Source: Glaucostegus cemiculus (lineage: Eukaryota). From it: a stretch of 64,000 nucleotides of DNA. Numbering within the stretch: position 1 is the stretch's first letter; each line of letters begins with the position of its first letter. The notes below the pieces were generated by a model. It made no database searches. It was not told where the DNA came from and worked only from the letters and a program-made list of their open reading frames with translations. A program made the position numbers and the translations under genes. Where the stretch lies: assembly GCA_976551045.1 (NCBI GenBank), contig CDPCPM010000114.1:620001-684000 (forward strand), in the 5' to 3' direction. Positions 61,621-64,000 of the stretch are shown one piece after another.

Positions 61621-63634
61621 AGGGCTCTAAAAATTAACTGATTTCCAGTCTTTTATTTGGAAGTTTAGATAATATTGAATGCTGTTTCAGTAGGTAGTAG
61701 TAAGATTATATAACTGTAGGTACTAAAGCTGATTTTACAAGTGCAAATGAGATTCTTCATTTAGGTCCCCAATATTATCTGTTACTTTGTACTTGTTTAG
61801 AGTCAGTAACAAGACCAATTTACTTGGATCATTTTGTTCAAGTTGAAAACCAATGTAAGGAAGTACAATTACCCACAGCTCCTAGACTGCATCACATCTG
61901 GAACTCCTGGGTTCCTAGGCTTGTATGAACACTTAGGAAAATCATGTGAAATTGCTTTATTGCTTCCAAAGTGTCCTATAAGTCCTTATGTATCAGTGTG
62001 CTTTGCTGTAAACTTCTGTTTTATATTGTTTTATATAAGTGACAGTCATTTTAAATTGAAATCTGCTGCAAAGTTTGTGGCTAGTTTGTTGTTTGTTTGG
62101 CTTCTTTCCCTCCACTTATTGGACAAATGATTCTACCAGTGTGCAAATGACACTAAATCAAGCTAAAGCTGCTGTTATATGCAGGGAAAACCAGCAACTG
62201 GTTTGGATCTTTTCAGAAACTCACTCGGGACATTCTCTGGAACAAAATAGATAGTTAAATAACCAATTGTGCTACATCCAGCAAATGTAAAAATTCATGG
62301 GTTTTGTTTCAGGATTAAAAAATACTTGAGATAACATGTCCAAATTATGTTTCTGTATATCCTGTCGTGCAGCAATGGGGCAGCTTTGGAGATATGCATA
62401 TCACATTCTGAGTTGCCCATTCTGTGGATAACAGTCTTAGCAGTGCACCCTGGGAAACTAGAAAGGAGAGAATGGAGATGAGAGATTAAAACAAAATTTA
62501 TAATGCAGTTAAAAATGGGATATCAGATCTTCTTTAAAAAAGCACAAATGAATGTCTATCAGTCAGTTTGTATACGTGTTTAGAGATGCTGAAGGTGCTT
62601 ACTACAAATGATAAATATAAAATGATAAATGTTGTTGGTACTATGTATACACATACTCCTAGACAAAAGATCCAATGACTCCACAGGCAGTCTTGAAAGA
62701 TTTCTTTCTTTTTAATACCTGATAGACAAAATCAACAGCAAGTTTTTTATTGCTGGGGCATTCCCAAAATTTCAACTAAGTGGCTGTTCTTAGAATATAA
62801 AGTTCAGTATGTTTTCTTGATCATCTGGGAAAGGGAGAGTGAATAAAACAATCAAAGCTGTTTCAAACTTCATCTGCCATTAAGCATGCATTTTACAACT
62901 GGAATTATAGGAAAGTGACCAGCTGCTGTTCTCGCCTTTCATGGTTCAGAGACACTGGGACAACTTCCATCATTCCCACTGCAGTCCTGCTAATTAACAT
63001 AGACAAGGGACCAAACCCAGACATTTCTGTTGTGCACTACCTGTCAACACTCCACTTAAAATACTAATGTTGCAATTTTGGAGTGCAATCCACTTTTCAG
63101 CAGTCAAATGTAGGTGAATTTAGAAATACCAATTATAATCTTGTAAAATTTTTTGATTTTGGGAATATTGTCCATGCCAGTGACCTTTACAATGCCAAGA
63201 TTTACTTGTTTTCATCATTTTCATTTCAAACAAACCCTGTATACTACATGCCTCCCAGCATAAGAGTTCTCTGGTAATATTCTAGTAAATGCTAAAGGTA
63301 GGCATTTCTCTCTTTAGTTAAGCTGTCTGGAAAATTGTTTCATGAGGGACTTTGAGGGACTAAATTTCAGCAAGATTCTTCCATAGAACACTCTGTATTA
63401 CCTTGTTCGTCAGTAACCAAACAGGCTTGTTTCTGTCAACAGAATGGACGCCCTTTTTGGAAGATTCCCAGTATGAATTTGATCAAACATTGTAACAGAG
63501 GTTAACATTTTGTAAGGAGGTGGCTCAGGACTACAGAAACGATTGAAACAAGAACAACAACAATTCTGGCTTTCTTCATTTGAATATGAAGTAATAAAAT
63601 ATGTAGAGTAAAGGAGCGTGAAATATGAATGAAA

Positions 63635-63720
63635 GTTGCTGGACATGTGCAACTGGTCAAAGGACCAGTGAAGAGAGAAACAGAGTTAATATTACAGGTT
63701 AATGACCTTTCATCAGAAAT
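63635..63720 (-). repeat. Penelope-type terminal repeat with a decayed hammerhead motif, followed by a purine-rich tract
   Basis: The reverse complement of 63684-63718 reads TT-CTGATGA-A-AGGTC-ATT-AACCT-GTAA-TA-TT-AACT. Confidence 0.65.
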
Positions 63721-64000
63721 AAGATTTTAAGTTAGTAAAAAGTTCAAAATTGGGGTAGGTGTGAAATAAACAAAAGGGAAAGTTTGTGACAATTTTGATG
63801 CCTGGAATCATAACCTCTGCAAATGAATCCTGCCGCACAGCAAAAATAAGTGATTGCGGGACAAACAAAGAAGGAAAGGTAGACCCAAAAAACATGTGAA
63901 TCATCATAGTCAAACTGCATGGGAGGAAAGAATGGGAAATGTGGTAAAGAAGGGAAGACTTACATAGTCTGGTAATGCAGCAGAAAACACAAGTAAACTT

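Noticed and set aside
63430-63500. Acceptor-like 'tttctgtcaacAG' followed by a short open frame
   Set aside because: All frames stop within about 20 codons and there is no good donor, so it cannot be called the shared downstream exon.

Overview
This is a vertebrate nuclear non-coding window, most likely from a cartilaginous fish. The repeat complement (CR1/HER1-type LINEs, a HE1/V-type tRNA SINE, SacSINE/DeuSINE-type SINEs, Rex1/Babar, RTE, L2 and Penelope-type terminal repeats) matches what I recall for elasmobranchs, probably a batoid; this is an inference. I find no complete or recognisable host protein-coding gene, rRNA, tRNA gene, miRNA or CRISPR array. The ORF-track entries I can identify are retrotransposon fragments and the rest look like chance ORFs. 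The window alternates CpG-depleted, repeat-dense blocks with five kb-scale CpG-retaining blocks (~4.5-7.6, 10.1-12.6, 25.9-31.6, 38.9-43.5 and 49.3-52.5 kb). Each block has + strand splice-donor-like sites, several preceded by an ATG, which suggests multiple alternative promoters or first exons of a large gene whose body lies outside the window. The most interesting signals are three. (1) About 15 short Penelope-type terminal-repeat units, several carrying a decayed minimal type I hammerhead-ribozyme fold with covarying stems; one 189-bp unit sits between target-site-duplication-like repeats. (2) A perfect 83-bp palindrome in a promoter-like block. (3) Candidate micro first exons. Boundaries of old repeats and CpG blocks are estimated by eye.
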